Origin: Marsupella aquatica
Taxonomy: Eukaryota > Plantae > Marchantiophyta
Length of the DNA stretch: 64,000 nt
Direction of reading: 5' to 3'
Assembly: GCA_973895155.1 (NCBI GenBank)
Contig: OZ316898.1
Location: 16,785,420-16,849,419 of the forward strand
Part shown: positions 39,730 through 53,287 of the stretch, piece by piece
How positions within the stretch are numbered: the first letter of the stretch is position 1
How the letters are laid out: the number at the start of each line of letters is the position of its first letter
Notes under the pieces: generated by a model
What the model saw: the letters and a program-made list of their open reading frames with translations, nothing else
Database searches by the model: none
Told to the model about the DNA's origin: nothing
Program-made: the position numbers and the translations under genes

Positions 39730-42700
39730 GGTAGAGCTTTTCATCATTGCCATTGATGCTTTGAGTAGTATGATACAGAACGAAGTTGGTCAGGGAACTA
39801 TTCAAGAGGTCCAGATCGAGTTAGTATGGACCATACATAGTGTTCACAACATGTTTGCTGATGATGTGTCTCTCCTCATTACGGTTGTCATGTTGATGGC
39901 TATGAAGTGCATAGAGATCTTTGATCATGCCTTTTCTGCAATTGGGAAAAGGCAAAAACAACTTACATCTCACTGCATCCGGTTGCGATTGACTTTAAAT
40001 TGTTGCCTTGGAAATGGGAGTCTGATCAGAATGCTAGTAAGCTGCTTTGCATCGGGCTTGGCATCCCTATTGCACGACACTTCTTAGAGGAACAAATGGT
40101 CTCAGCCTTGTCTGAGAAGCTAGAGAACCATCTGCATAAGATGCGCAAGAGCACATCATCCTTGGCTACAATTCAAGAATTACAATTGCTAGCCATCTAG
40201 TCCTTAGTAGTCTGTGGTACATGTTGACTGTTTGGGCAGGGAGACTGGCCAACCACCCTGGACCCCATCTAGAAGAAGATTACACAATTTGTGTGCCAGG
40301 ATGGTCAGGATGAGAGAGCCCAATCCACGGTGGATTTTGTCACCATTACACAACCAAAGAAATTTGGGGGGCTGGGACTCATCTCCATTGCAGCACAATT
40401 CTGGGCCCTTGTTGGCAGCTTCATTGTCTAGGCCATGGCTGACCAAGATCACCCCCAGTTTGTGGAGCATTTTGCAAACTACCTTTTCCAATTCTCCTTG
40501 AAGAAATGGGGCTCTGATGACTAAGTATGCATGGTAGTTTAACCAGTACTACACTACCCCAACAGAGGCTTCAATTGTGTGGCTGAATGTTTGCATCGGA
40601 TGGAATGTCATCGAGAAGCACTTGCAACCAACTGCACTTGCGCATTGGAGAAATGGATCCAGGCACTTCTCTTTTGGCGCCCTCATCTTAATCAATCCAT
40701 GCGGCATAGGCTAAAGGCCTGAGCAAGCCACAACCCAAGATTTATGCAGCTGGCTTCAAGGTGATGAGGGATGTGCTATATGCACAGGGTCAATTCTTAC
40801 ATTGGGAAGATGGTTCGTGTAACTTGCTCCCCCGGTAATTGCATCATTGCCTTGGGCACTCGGGGGTTTCACTTCCACAAAAATGGCATATCACGTGCGA
40901 CGAAGGATAGGGTCATTTTATTGGTTCTAAGGGAAGACTTAAGAATTTTTGTAGAAGAACAATAGGGTCTTTTAAATCCAATTTTGAGACTTAAAAGAAC
41001 ATTAGGGTCTTTTTAATCCAAAATTTAGAATATTCCAAGAATATTCCAACTTTATAGGGGTTAAAAAATAAATTTTTTTTCTTACATTTTAGGGGGTCCA
41101 AGGCCTAAAAACGTCGCAGACGATGGGGAGGTCCCCATATAGTGAGACCCCTGAGCTTGGGCACTGCCTATGGACCACAAGATGATCAACAACCTGTGTA
41201 GTGTGGACCCCTCAATTGGACCCCGACCATCTTAGTAGGGTCTCTATTTACATGGAAGGCATTAGGGCATGTCAAAGGCCCGTTGTAACTCAGTTACTTC
41301 TTAGGCCATAAACCTGGTCGTAACTTCTTACGGGGTACCTAGAAAGGTGCCCCGTAAGGCTTGGATGTCCAAATGTGGATGTCCGTAGGGCAAAGTCTAT
41401 CATTCGTCTGCTATGGTGTCCAGCCTGAGTCAGTGCAACACCACGTTCACGACACTCCTTTTGTCTTGTGAAACTACTACTTACGTTCCCCTGGTGCCTT
41501 CCTTGTGACGTGTGTTTGAGTAGTGCAACAATGAAGTAGTACTGCGTTAACGGAATTTCAATCTAGCTAGTAGTAAAGTGTCTTGATCACCTCAATTAGA
41601 ATGTACATATGAATGTCGATACAATCAGATTTTTGATTCCGTTATCATTCACTACTATGTCAAGTTGATTGATTCAGTTCATGTTATAAACTTTTGATTA
41701 CTTCCACATTTGCACCATCTTTGGACTCACAAATTTTGTTGTTGTATATATTGAATGTAGGAAGGGGGGAGAGTGGAGGCAGGACAAGGGACTTGATTGG
41801 ATCCGCTTCACAAAGGAGTGTGTCGGGTTTAAGGTTTAAAAAGCAACATGAAGTTGACTTGATGATCCATTCAATAAAGAACTTTCAAACCAAAATCTCA
41901 ATACACAAAACTCACAAGCAAAGATCAATACGGGAGTCTGTGTTCTTGATGCGCATGGGAGCTGCGTTGGTGGTTGTTCCAAATCTTGGATGTGGAATTC
42001 AATGTCATTATTTGTCAAGCTCATCCTGATCGGGGTTGTCATCATTGTCTTTGCCATTGTCTGCATCATATCAATTCGGAAGCCCAATGCAACACAATGA
42101 AGGAGGGTCCATATTAGATCTTCTCCCAAATAAAACATCCATCCTCTAGAAATTTGGGCACACAATTTCTAGTTTGTCTTCCCACGGCATTCCAACGCTC
42201 AATTCGGCTTAGGATAGTCCTCCACCCGATTGGACAAGCTCAAGCTTGGCTTTCTTGTAACAATCATGATATCGCTCCCACTTCTTTTCCATAACATCTC
42301 CATTCAAGTCCAATGCTTCCCTCCAACCCATGCCTCCTAGAGTCATTGCCATGTTCCTGAATGCACTTATCTTGGAAATCAGCTTGCCACCAATCCGGGT
42401 CCTTTGTCCAGTCCCATAGAGAACTTGGAAGTTCTCTTTGTTTTCCATATCGTCAAGCATCCAGTTGTATCCATTTGGCAAGATTTTGAATTGTTTCACC
42501 TTTCTTACGTACCCTGAATTGGTGAACTCAGGCACAACAGCTTTCCCACAAACCATGATCATCCCACCAAGCTCAAGCTTGTCATCAATCTGACCCTCTA
42601 TCTGCAAAAGATAATTCATATACATTATTTGGATTCAAACCTGCAAGAAGCAATCGAGTGAGGATTGTGTGTTTATGTCAACAATTGCTCGAGCGGTCGC

Positions 42701-45500
42701 TTCAATATTGCATTGCAATTTGCAGGAGCCCTGCTAGCTAGTAGTGACAGTACTGAACTAGTGACGCTTTAGGATTGCAGGAGGGCGGAGTTGCAATAGT
42801 GAATTGAAAGACCATGACACTACTTGCAAGTGGTGGCCACATTAGCAAGTGGTGTCTACATTTATCACTGGCCGTAACTTCAATTTCTATTTGTAAGTAG
42901 GTTTTACGGGTGGTCTGTGCATCTTAATTGGCAGCCCAACCCTTGTGCATTGTGGTGCAGGCCCTGGCTCCCCTTTCGTGCAGCTTCTGAGAAATGCTTC
43001 CTGTGGCAAATGGTCTACCGTATCCTTGCCACCAACATTGGTGTGTGCCTGCCCTCCCTGCTTCTGATTCCTCCACTTGCAGATGCCACTGAATTGTTCC
43101 CAGATATGGCACGACAGATGCCTTACCAACGAGCGGTAGATTAATTCTAGGTGGGTGAGCAAGGACAAAGACGAGGAGCATGCTGCATTCCCCATGGATC
43201 CCCCTATGATTCATACTGCAGATCCCCTATTGTAGGCCTCCTCATCCAATGTTGCAACCCCATCAGTCCATGGCAATACCCTGGGCAATATTTACACATG
43301 TTCCATCTGCTATGCTGGAACATGCTGAACCCAACAACAATGACGCAGTGGCAAGAGGCGAAGGTGGAATTTTCCTCAATGACACCAAAGCAATCCTTCC
43401 CTCCCAACAAGCTTCCCTCACGGGTGTTCAAGAGGTCCACACCACTTATGGACCTCATGGAACGTATAACTTCAGTCGCTTCTCAAACCGCAAAGCTGTA
43501 GAAAGTGTTGGCAAGTTTGAATAGCCCCAACGTGTCTCTCAGTGATGCTCCATCTTGATCCGACAATGATAATATTCTGTAGGCTGGTAGGATGTAATCA
43601 GTGAAGAGACAAGGCACTCCAGAGTAGCGTATGGTTGTGGAGTTTGTGGGGTCCACTTCTTTTGGCCTGTTTTCATGCAGTTTTTATAAGGACCACAATA
43701 GCCTCTTTGGGCTCTATCATTTTTGAGCATTTTTGATAGGGGAATGGTGACACAAGGCAATGAAAGTATTGTGCCTACTGACAATGGTGCAATTTATATA
43801 GCTTGTTTTTTGGGTGCCTTGGATGGAAGTTTGAAATAAGATTGTGTCTTCATTGTCCTATACAATTTATGTGTATCGGGATTGCACATGCAATTTTATC
43901 CGTGGAATATATGTGGGCCACGATTGATGTGCAAGTGAGACACAAATCATTTGCAGTTCATATACTTAGTGCCCTTATTTGCTGAAATTTGTGGAGTCAT
44001 TTCACTGTGGACTATTAACATGCATGAGGTTGGTCTATACAACATGGATGACAAGTGATATGTGAGTATTCATAATAAAACAAGGCGAGGCGAGTGCTTG
44101 TATATATGTGAATAATTATAAAAGGCAGCGTCGATCTTCAGAGCTGTAAACTTTTCATCCTTCATCCACAATGGACACTATGTGTTCTTCTAAAGTCCTG
44201 CTTGCATTTGCGTTGCCCACGGTTCCCTTGGAGAAGGCCCGTAAAATGTCTGGGAAGTTGGGCGACATAGCCCACATCTGGCTGGAGCCAATTTGGATAT
44301 TTCCAATGAGGTCCACAGTTGCTTGGCTGAGAGGCGCTTTCACAACGCGTGATTCAGATGCGCAGTTAATTATGTTGCTTAGCAAAAATGGGGGAGCTGC
44401 TCGGTTTTTTGTCCTTCGATCGAGTTCCCTTAGATGCCAATGGCTTCATACATTTACCATTTGCGCTGCTGCCATTGTGGTCTGTGATGGCAAGGCACAT
44501 TTCCGCAAGGGTGTCTATCGATTCCTTGTCAAATTTGGCTTGGAATGAAACTGCCTTATCCTTTCTTTTCATGTGTAGCTTCTAGGGTGCATTTGGCCCA
44601 CTCACCAAATTCCCTAGGTTGCCCTCAGGATATGGTCGCACATTTTCTTTGTTGGAGTCAACGCCAACCTTCACCTTCCGCTTGCGTCTACCCTTCACAC
44701 CCATCAGTTTGTCAACCCACCCGCGTTTGGCGACGGTAGTTCTATCACTCCCTTCAGTAGGAGTGAGTGCCTCATGTCCCGACTGCATGTCCAGCCTACC
44801 AAGATTTTGTTGTGCCTCTCTAGTTAAGAGTGACTCCATCTAGTGCTTTAGCTCAATCAAAGCTTGCCTGGCAAGGGTTGGGTGATATGCAATTTGATTG
44901 TAACATGTTGCAACAATTGCTTGATAGTCGTCCACGGATGGAGAAGGCAAAGGTGCAGTCATGTGGGTTGTGCCTTCCATTGGTTCTTCACTCTATTCTC
45001 TCATTCAACATGTAACTTGGATTTGCAAGAGGATAACCTTCATTGTATTTGGAGATGCCCTGTCTCCCATCTGGTCTCGAATTGGGTGCAACACATTTTG
45101 AGGATTGCTTCAATCATTGGGCAACCTCACTCCGGCCTGCAACCTACTCGCATTTTCTTGGCTATGCAACTGCTCTACAAATGGTATGTGCCCCAAAGGC
45201 TCTAGGGCACACTCAGGGCAATTGCTTGCTGGAATATTTGGAAGGATAGGAGCGCACATTTCATTGAGCACACCCATTCTGATCCCCATGTTGTAATCAT
45301 GAAATCCTGGCATATGCTCACTCTTTACATGCATAGGGATTGAGCTAGTCTTAGGCAGAAGTTGAGAGTAGGGAAGGCCTCAGTCAACAACATTTTTTCA
45401 GATATGTCTTTTGACTGCGGTGCTTACACTAGCCTCTGGGAGGTCCACGCTGAAATCCTTCAGGTCCCTCCAGTGCCCCCCAAGGCCTCTCTGAATTGTT
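39730..45500 (+). mobile_element. Fragmented L1-type LINE ORF2 remnant interrupted by nested insertions
   Basis: LFIIAIDALS...HNMFADDVSL (RT) at about 39735-39875. GG-containing thumb region at about 40360. FLWQMVYRILATN at about 43000 and EDNLHCIWRCP at about 45030 (zf-RVT-like). The pieces are collinear but separated by unrelated DNA. Confidence 0.65.
40931..42880. mobile_element. PIF/Harbinger-like element remnant carrying a Myb/SANT-like ORF fragment (42209-42625, minus strand)
   Basis: Starts TAA|GGGAAGACTTAAG. The ORF fragment ...AFRNMAMTL...MEKKWERYHDCYKKAK...SGGG resembles Harbinger-associated Myb/SANT-like proteins. The right boundary is approximate. Confidence 0.5.
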
Positions 45501-46248
45501 TTAGTTGTCCAAGCTAGAGGTTTGACCTGTAGATTAGATTGATGAGTCCCCTTTCGTCTCAAACCCATTGGGTGGCCCCCAGCCGGGGCTATTTCACTGG
45601 CCGGTCTTTGGGTGTGTGTGGCTCCCCCTACAATAGTCGAGCATCGTGTTTAGTTCACTCTTTGGAGGCTGGCGGAGGGGATGTGACTAATTAAGGTTCC
45701 CTTACTTGGAGTAGCACCATGGACGAAACCCTGACAGGACCTCCTAACTGCAGCACAAGGCTCTCATCACAATGCCACCAACTAGGAAGATCCCGCTCCC
45801 TATGATTCCAATGCCATGCAACCGGCTTTGGCAGTTCTCCCTGCCCTGTTTCCTACATCATTAGCGTAATCAGATGCTTCCGAAAGCCACAAGAGCCATG
45901 ATTAGCCTAAATGCGTTCCTGAGACGACAGAGATCGCGACGAAAAGCGTAATTTGTGGCCTTCGAAAACGAAGAGTGCAGTAAGTACTAAGTAGCGTGAT
46001 TACTGCGATTAAGTAAGCAACTGACCTGTTGTAGAAAATTTGAGTAGATGAGGGTTTGAGTAGGTGCGCAAACGAAGATTGCGTGTGCGTATCGTTGTAC
46101 GTCGACGAAGTCTGCGTGACAATGACTACTGTTGACGAATTCGATAGGTCTGTACTGAGACGATCAGTTCGAGTGAAGGTGGAGATGGTAGGGCTCACGG
46201 AATCTTTCGCCATAATTTTGGAGGCTGACAACGAGCAGAGATCGAAGG

Positions 46249-48499
46249 ATGAACAACGCACAGAGCAGCAGCAGCAGCAGCAGCGATAAGAGGCCCTTTC
46301 TGGATCATTTGGAAGCCTATTTCGCTCGGCGCGATGGTGTGGACAAGGCGCTCAAAATTCTGCGGTACTCGAGCAAGGTGGTGCTGGCGACGCCGTGGTT
46401 GGTGCAATCGTTTGATCCCGATGTCGTGAAGCGAGTGCGGAATTTCGAGTCTAGCGTTGGAACCAGTCGAAAGGCATTTCGGCTGGGGAAGTTTATTCAG
46501 GATGTCAATGCTTTTCGAAAGGCTCCGGGCCTGACTTCTCGGGATGGTTTTCTTGAGGTCGTGGCGACCACTGGCGAGGGGATTTATTACTTTGTGGAGC
46601 AATTTGTTTGGCTGGTAAGTGTTCATCACTGTCCCATTCTGCGAGTTTTCCTTGGGTTATCGTCCAATTCCGTATCCTCCATCTCGTCTGCGGCCATGTG
46701 CCATACAGAGAGCTGTTTTCTCCGCTTCTTTATTTCATTTGGAATGTTAATTTCCAGACAAAATTTTGGGGCGTTCCAAGATTTCTTCTAGAATTCTGCG
46801 TTTCAATTTAAACACCTTGTTGAGGACCTAGCACAGATCCAAATTCCACATCTAACTCTCTGACTTGGAGGTCGAAGTGTTGTAACTGCTCTATTGGTAT
46901 ACATTGCGTACTTCTATCGGTGTTTCTGGCTCGAAGCACTCAATCGCGTCCTTCATTGTTGTTCTATGACTTGAGCAAGTCAAAGCGATCTTCCTTTTCC
47001 GGCTCTACTTTTTTGGTGCCAAACTGAATATCTGGACTGAATTTTCTTCTTGCTTTATATGAAAGCGGTCAAGCTAGATTCAGTGGCTTTTTCTATGAAA
47101 ATGGGAACCAGTCATTTTTGCGGAGATCCTCTTGGCATTTTAAAATGCATTTCATGTGATTTTGCGTATTTTCTTAATCATAGTCTTTGGAATTCAGTCA
47201 GATTGTTCGCGCCCTAACGAGGTGAGACCTCAATTAATTGCTAGTACAAAAAAGGCACTATCGGGGAGAAGTATCTACCTTTGATTTCTTTACATGGCTA
47301 AAGGTGGAATGTTCCATCATTACAAGATCTCACCTAAATTTCGACTGAACTATCAGGTGCTTGTGGGGGCCATCTTTGGATGAGCACCCTGCTATTTGAT
47401 ACAGCCTGAGGTTGTGTTTTGCTATGGCCACGATGAGCTGCAGTTACCCTCAATCTATTAGGGTTCGGTCAGATATATCACGGTCTATCTTGAGCAGTCA
47501 AAGATGTCGCCAGAGGTGTTGTCCGTGACCCAAGAGTACAAAACAAAATTCTGAAGAAGCAAGCGTTGGGAAGCTCAGTTATAGTGGTTGTGTTTGAGCT
47601 GTTTAATCTTTGATCGCTGAATCTAAGTTCGTGTCTTTCGCTTCTCTGCGACCACGAAGGTATTCTGGGCATTCTGTTGTCACCCAAATCCCAGTGCAAC
47701 ACTTGATTTTGAAGTCCTGCAGCCCAACTTGGACACCCTCCCTAGCATGATTATTGGATTATTTCCAAAGCTTTGTGTCCGACCGTTGGTTACTGCGAAT
47801 TCTTTGAAAGTGATTCGAATGACGTCTAGTCATAATAATAAAAGAAATCTTTGGTAGTCAATATCTACACTGAGGGCTGTTCCAATTTGACAAATAGTAT
47901 CCCACTGCTCGTAGTTGGTTGCACCTTTGCTATGAAGACTGGATGCATGAGTAGAATTACATTTTCTCTTTATGGAGATGGAAGTAGATCTCAGTGGTTG
48001 AACATTATTGATGGAAAGGTTTACCAACATGCATGCCACTCATTTGTTCACATCGCTGATGTATAAAAGAATGCAGGAGCTCTAAGATTTTTTCTTTTCA
48101 CCCTGACAACAGGTAAAGGCCGGTGCCATTGACAAGCGGCATTCAAAGCAGCTTCAGAAATGGAGTGCCTGGGCTGAGTTCATTGGCTATTTGGGAAGTG
48201 TCACCCTGAAAAGTCTTCAGGTGTCTACACTGCTAGAGCAAGAGGCAGAACTTCAAGAAATATTGGATATCAAAGACAACGGCCCTGACAAAAACTTGCA
48301 AGCATCAAGAAAGTTGCAAATATTGCGGGCCAAACGGTTCATGAAGACGCTCTCCCTCATTCAAGATCTGTCTGACAGTTTGCTTGCCCTCAATGACATA
48401 ACAGATGGAACGGGGGTCCTGGCTAGACCCCTGTTACTCGCCACGGCCGGTCTTGTTTCTGCGCTAATCAGTACTCATAAAAACTGGAAGAATTGCTGA
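46249..48499 (+). CDS. PEX11A: Peroxisomal membrane protein PEX11, PEX11A-type; 2 exons
   Basis: Exon 1 is 46249-46614 (FLDHLEAYFARRDGVDKALKILRY; FESSVGTSRKAFRLGKFIQD; EGIYYFVEQFVWL|gtaagt). Exon 2 is 48113-48499 (ag|VKAGAID...WSAWAEFIGYLGSV...SLIQDLSD...GLVSALISTHKNWKNC). Confidence 0.92.
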
Positions 48500-49640
48500 T
48501 GGGCAATATCTCTTTCTGCAACATGTATAGCTTGTTACCAAAGGCAAAGGCAAGGATCTTGAAAAACAGTATTTTTGCTCTTAGAAATTGTCCTTCTTAC
48601 GGGTCTTTTGGAACCCCCACATAGATGTGGTGACCAGTGTTCACCTGCTGTTTGCTGCAACAACACATCATGTAGTGTGGATCTTGATAGTTGATGTTTG
48701 GGGGAAAAAACAGATCGCAAAAGGCGAATCGAGATCGATGCCAGTTGCTATTTGGTTGTAAATTCTTTTCCTGTCACTACTTCATTGGCGTGGTGTTTTA
48801 AAATTACATATTGCGAGCAGAGGTCGGCTGCGTTGAAAACCTTTTTACCGGCCCGTCTTCCTCGTAAACCTTCACAGGGTTTCTCCCTAAGAATGGAGAT
48901 TTTCATAAGTTATGCAAGTCTGACATGACCAAAGGTTTAGGGTTTTATTTGCTGAGAGGATCTAGGATTTAGGGTTCAGTAGAATGTAGGCCTAGAGAAT
49001 TTCCTTTTACCAAAATACCATAAATGTGGAAACCGAGGACGATGTTGAAACTGTCGTCCGAGGAAAATGTCGAACTCTATCCATGTTTACATGAAATGGA
49101 CATAGCTGGGGGCAGCTTATCTTGTTCGCACTTCAAATCAAATCCAGGATGGCACAGAATAAATTACCACCATGGCTTTTATCTTTCAGTTTCTCTGTTC
49201 CTTTTGTCGTTCAGGGTCATGTACAAGGTGTCTTTGGGAACGCAAAACCCGGGGCCATTATTCGATTAGTCGGTGTGGGCATTCTATTCAAATATTAAGT
49301 TTTGGCAGGAGACCTAGTAGGCCTGGTGTTTTGAGAGGGGGCTCATCCAAGCTAAAATTGCACGTAACTATAGCAAATTGCATTCAAACACAAGGCCTAT
49401 TTTCAAAACAAGACTGTTCTCAAATACAAGCCCAGGCACTTATTACAAAGCCTTCTAGTCATGAAGAAATAAGGTTGGGCCTTCTTGTTATTGTGATTTT
49501 CGACTACAAGGCCCTGATCTTGTGTTTGGGGGAAGACACTAGTCTCTTCGTGATTCTACAAGGAAAGACCAGTTTCAGTCTCGAACAACGTAATAGTTTT
49601 GCTCTGTGCTTCCTTTGTCAAGAACATTAGTACAAGGTAC

Positions 49641-49927
49641 ATTTAATGATGATAACTTTCAGAGGTCAATTGAAAGAGTGGGACCCCGTTTCTCCGTATC
49701 ATCTGGTCACATATATGTAATGATGATCGCTTTTGGGTCAATTGAAACAGTGGAACCCCGTTTCTCCGTATCTGGTCACGTTATTTCAATGATGATAATT
49801 TCCGTAGGTCAACCGAAAGAGTGGAATTCCGTTTCTCCGTATCATCTGATCACATACATTTAATGATGATATCTTTCATAGGTCAATAGAAAGAGTCCAA
49901 CTCCATTCCTCCGTATCATCACATACA
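49641..49927 (+). repeat. About 73-bp tandem repeat x4, each unit starting with AATGATGAT
   Basis: The units share AATGATGAT...GGTCAA..GAAA.AGT...CC.TT.CTCCGTATC...CAC. Confidence 0.88.
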
Positions 49928-51046
49928 ATCGCTAGTTTTCGCCGGTAGTAGTGCGAAAGTTTTGAAATGGACATAACAAATCGAGCTTTAACCGGAGACG
50001 AAACTAGTTTGTGATACCTTATCCACAAACTGTTTCTAAACGACACTGTTTATTCGATTTAATGCAAATATGACAATACTTTCCGCACACTTTTCGTTCT
50101 TATTATTTGCTGTGTTCCCATGCTGGCTATCAAGTAGAAAATTAGTATGGAGATTATTAGATCCCGAGTTGTTGCGTAAAGGTGCTCGTGTTTGGTTGAT
50201 ACATGAAACTAGGTCTAGCTTCGTTACTACGAACACCTCAAATGTATCGACTAGCTTCGCTTGCTGCAACTCCATACCATCCAGTGGGACGAACCGTGCC
50301 CAAAGGAATCTCATGACTAGCTTGATCCTAAACTTCTGCTAGGGAATTCCATTTTTAAAGAGTGCATGGAAGTCTCTTAGCATCGTGACTGGCCAGGAGA
50401 CATTCTTCGTCTGGGTATACAGATGGTTTCACTTGACGAGTAGCTTTCACTGCCGACTTTCTTGCTTCAATGGCTCCTTTTATATCCACGAATCTAAGGA
50501 GGCCTACTTGGCTGTACAATCATGCAGGAAAACATAACATCCCGTTGCTTTAGGATTTGGGACATTGTTGACAAATCCTGTCTCCTGTCTGTCACCGACT
50601 TTTGTTCTTGTGAGACATCTCCGTTGAGTGCTCAACAATGGTCAACTCTGTCGTGCCCTCTCCAGCGATCATGGATCTTGGCGAATCTGCACATAGCAAA
50701 GGTCCACCACAATTAGTCATTTTTTTGTGGACTTGATGTGTAATAATTGCTTGACAACTAATCTATGAAGGAATCCCACGTTACAGAAAACAATACTCAA
50801 ACAAGGCTGTGGCTGTTTGGATTTAGGGTCCAATGCTGGCTTACTGGTTTGCATAACTTCCATAATTCATATAAATAACGACGCCTGTGAACTCTAGACT
50901 TGAAATACATCCAAATTCTGGCAAATAGGCCGAGAAGATCCGGCGAAACAGATCATATAGTTACCTGAGTTTCTCAACTGCAAATCACAATCCATACCGA
51001 GCCGTGAGCTGCCTATAAGAAGATACTGCTGCTTGGTGCCATGTAC

Positions 51047-51268
51047 TTAGTTGTAGTACAGCTCAAGGCCCATTCCATCATGTATCTCGTAATCAGCAAG
51101 AGTGATGTGATCCTTATATATATTGTACCACTTCTGGATCCGAATCTTCTCAGGTCTTGTCCCAGTTTGAGCTGCCACAAGCTTTTTTAAATCGCCAATG
51201 GTATCATCTTCATTACACTTGACCCGGATCTTCTTTCCCAGACGGTCATTGAGTACTACTTCGATCAT
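51047..51268 (-). CDS. UBL5: Ubiquitin-like protein 5 (HUB1), 73 aa, intronless CDS
   Basis: [73 protein letters not shown], with the diagnostic YYx C-terminus. An in-frame ATG lies 6 nt upstream (51274). A 5'UTR intron is predicted at 51400-53019. Confidence 0.97.
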   Translation of the reverse strand: MIEVVLNDRLGKKIRVKCNEDDTIGDLKKLVAAQTGTRPEKIRIQKWYNIYKDHITLADYEIHDGMGLELYYN

Positions 51269-53287
51269 TTTCACTGATTATATTGTTCACCTTCTTGCCA
51301 GCCAATTGCGGCAACTAGCAACCAATTTCCGCGCGTCGAATAGTTGATCGTCTGACGAATACACCAGATTGAGGTGTTAGAGGCAGCAAGCTAATCCAGC
51401 TGCAACTCCAATTCACATATTTCTACTAGAAATGTTAATACAACAAACCTGGTCAACAGTGACACAAACCTGGTCAACAGTGACACAACACAGACGCTAA
51501 AAGTGCCCACAGGAAGTTCCCAACGATGACTACAAGTTCATTTGAGCAATCACTTCTCATCCAAGCTCAGCAAAGCTCACAGAAGAATATTAGCATTTTA
51601 CAATGTAATAAGTTGGATAAACCCTGACCTCTACGCACTGTTCCCTCTCCATTTTCAATAATTAAAGGACCGTTACTCCTAGCGACGAAGCTTTAGAGTC
51701 GCAAGAGGGAGGGTGTGAGCCTACTGTGAAAGTTACAATCGCAAACTCTAAACCTTCACTAAAACTTATTTCCACGAACGCCATATTTTCTTCCAAAATC
51801 TACGCACAGCCGGATAGTAAAGAACATCAATCTGTACAGGATTATTTCACAGACTCACCCATTTTCAGAATACAGGGTCAGCAGCTATTTCATGCGTGAA
51901 TACTCATTATCTGGAAAATGGTTCAATGGTAACTCGACTGAAGAATGCAAAGCGGACCTCTGGCCTCTCGTAGAAAGCCCGAAACAGGGCGCATTGTGCC
52001 TCCTAACAAAGAACCATTTTCTATCAACAAAACCCGGAGTCTACACCCTCCGCCCGAAGCTCCAACCGCGGCACTGCTTATTCGATGTCCCATCAACCCT
52101 CAGGCACCAGTAAAAATTCGCACCGAGTCTACGATCCCAATCGACTCAGGATTGTAATACTGCAACTGACAAAGCTCATAACGCAAGCAATAGCCCGATT
52201 CTAATCACAATAGATCCGTTGTCACAGTTTCCGCCCTATTCCCTCAGAACGGCGATTGTGCACACTCAATCTTTTCTAGAATCTTCCCACCGTCACTACT
52301 CCCTGCTATAAGCTCCGCTCAAGTTCACTGTGCGTCCTAAAATTGTCCAAACTTAAGAGCGAGAGTCATGACCACCTCAAGATGGAAGCTTAGCTATCAC
52401 ATCCTGTTCAATCTTGTTTACATACGCATTCTGCAGCGCTGTCATTTCCTTTCGAACTAATTTTACTTGTATACACTGAAAACTGACAAAGCCTGCTTTC
52501 AAACAGTAAGCCACTGAATTCTCTATACAATGGGCCCATACCATCTTTCTGTCGGGTGACTCGACACAAAGGGGCAGAGTACCACACCGCAAATCTCAGA
52601 CACTAAAACATCCGGAAACATGCGATGAATCAAGCAGTAACGAACGAACGACCTACACCGATTTCACTGGCACCACACAAAACACAACCGGCTCCACTCT
52701 ACTGCACGTTCCAATCCGTGCCAAAATGAAAGATCGAGACCCCATTGCAACGCTCTCAATTTCAAAAACCACACAAAACGCACTCAAACGGTCGACAGCG
52801 GATCCGGACCGTAGTGGAACGAGGGCCCGAATCACGACAGAATGATCTCATACTGAACTCACCCAGAACCATCCTCTTCGAGACAAACAAACACACTATC
52901 AACCCTTATCCTCGACCGTTGCTGCCCTCGCAATCCCCAAATTCCAGGACCCACACTCTCAAACGGTCACCGAAACGGAACAAGCGGACGTAACATGACC
53001 GATCTCCTACGGTACTCACCAGAATCCGCTTTCGAGATAAGATCTATCATTCCCTGGACATCAACCCGTTGAGCGAGCGCGCTCCATTGCTCCTCTCCTC
53101 CACCATCGCTCGCTCGAGCTTCGTCGCGTTTCAACGGACTCCAAGCTTCGGCTTGGTCTGTCTTGTCCGACCACGCCCGAGACATCGCCGAGGGGCTGGC
53201 AAGTCCACGAGTAGAACTACGTGGGTAAAGTAATAAGGGGGGCTTACAAGAACTCTGCCACAGATTTCATTTTTTTCTCATTTTTTC

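Noticed and set aside
51850-52000. Intronic snoRNA in the UBL5 leader intron
   Set aside because: Only imperfect box C and D matches, too close together and without terminal stems.
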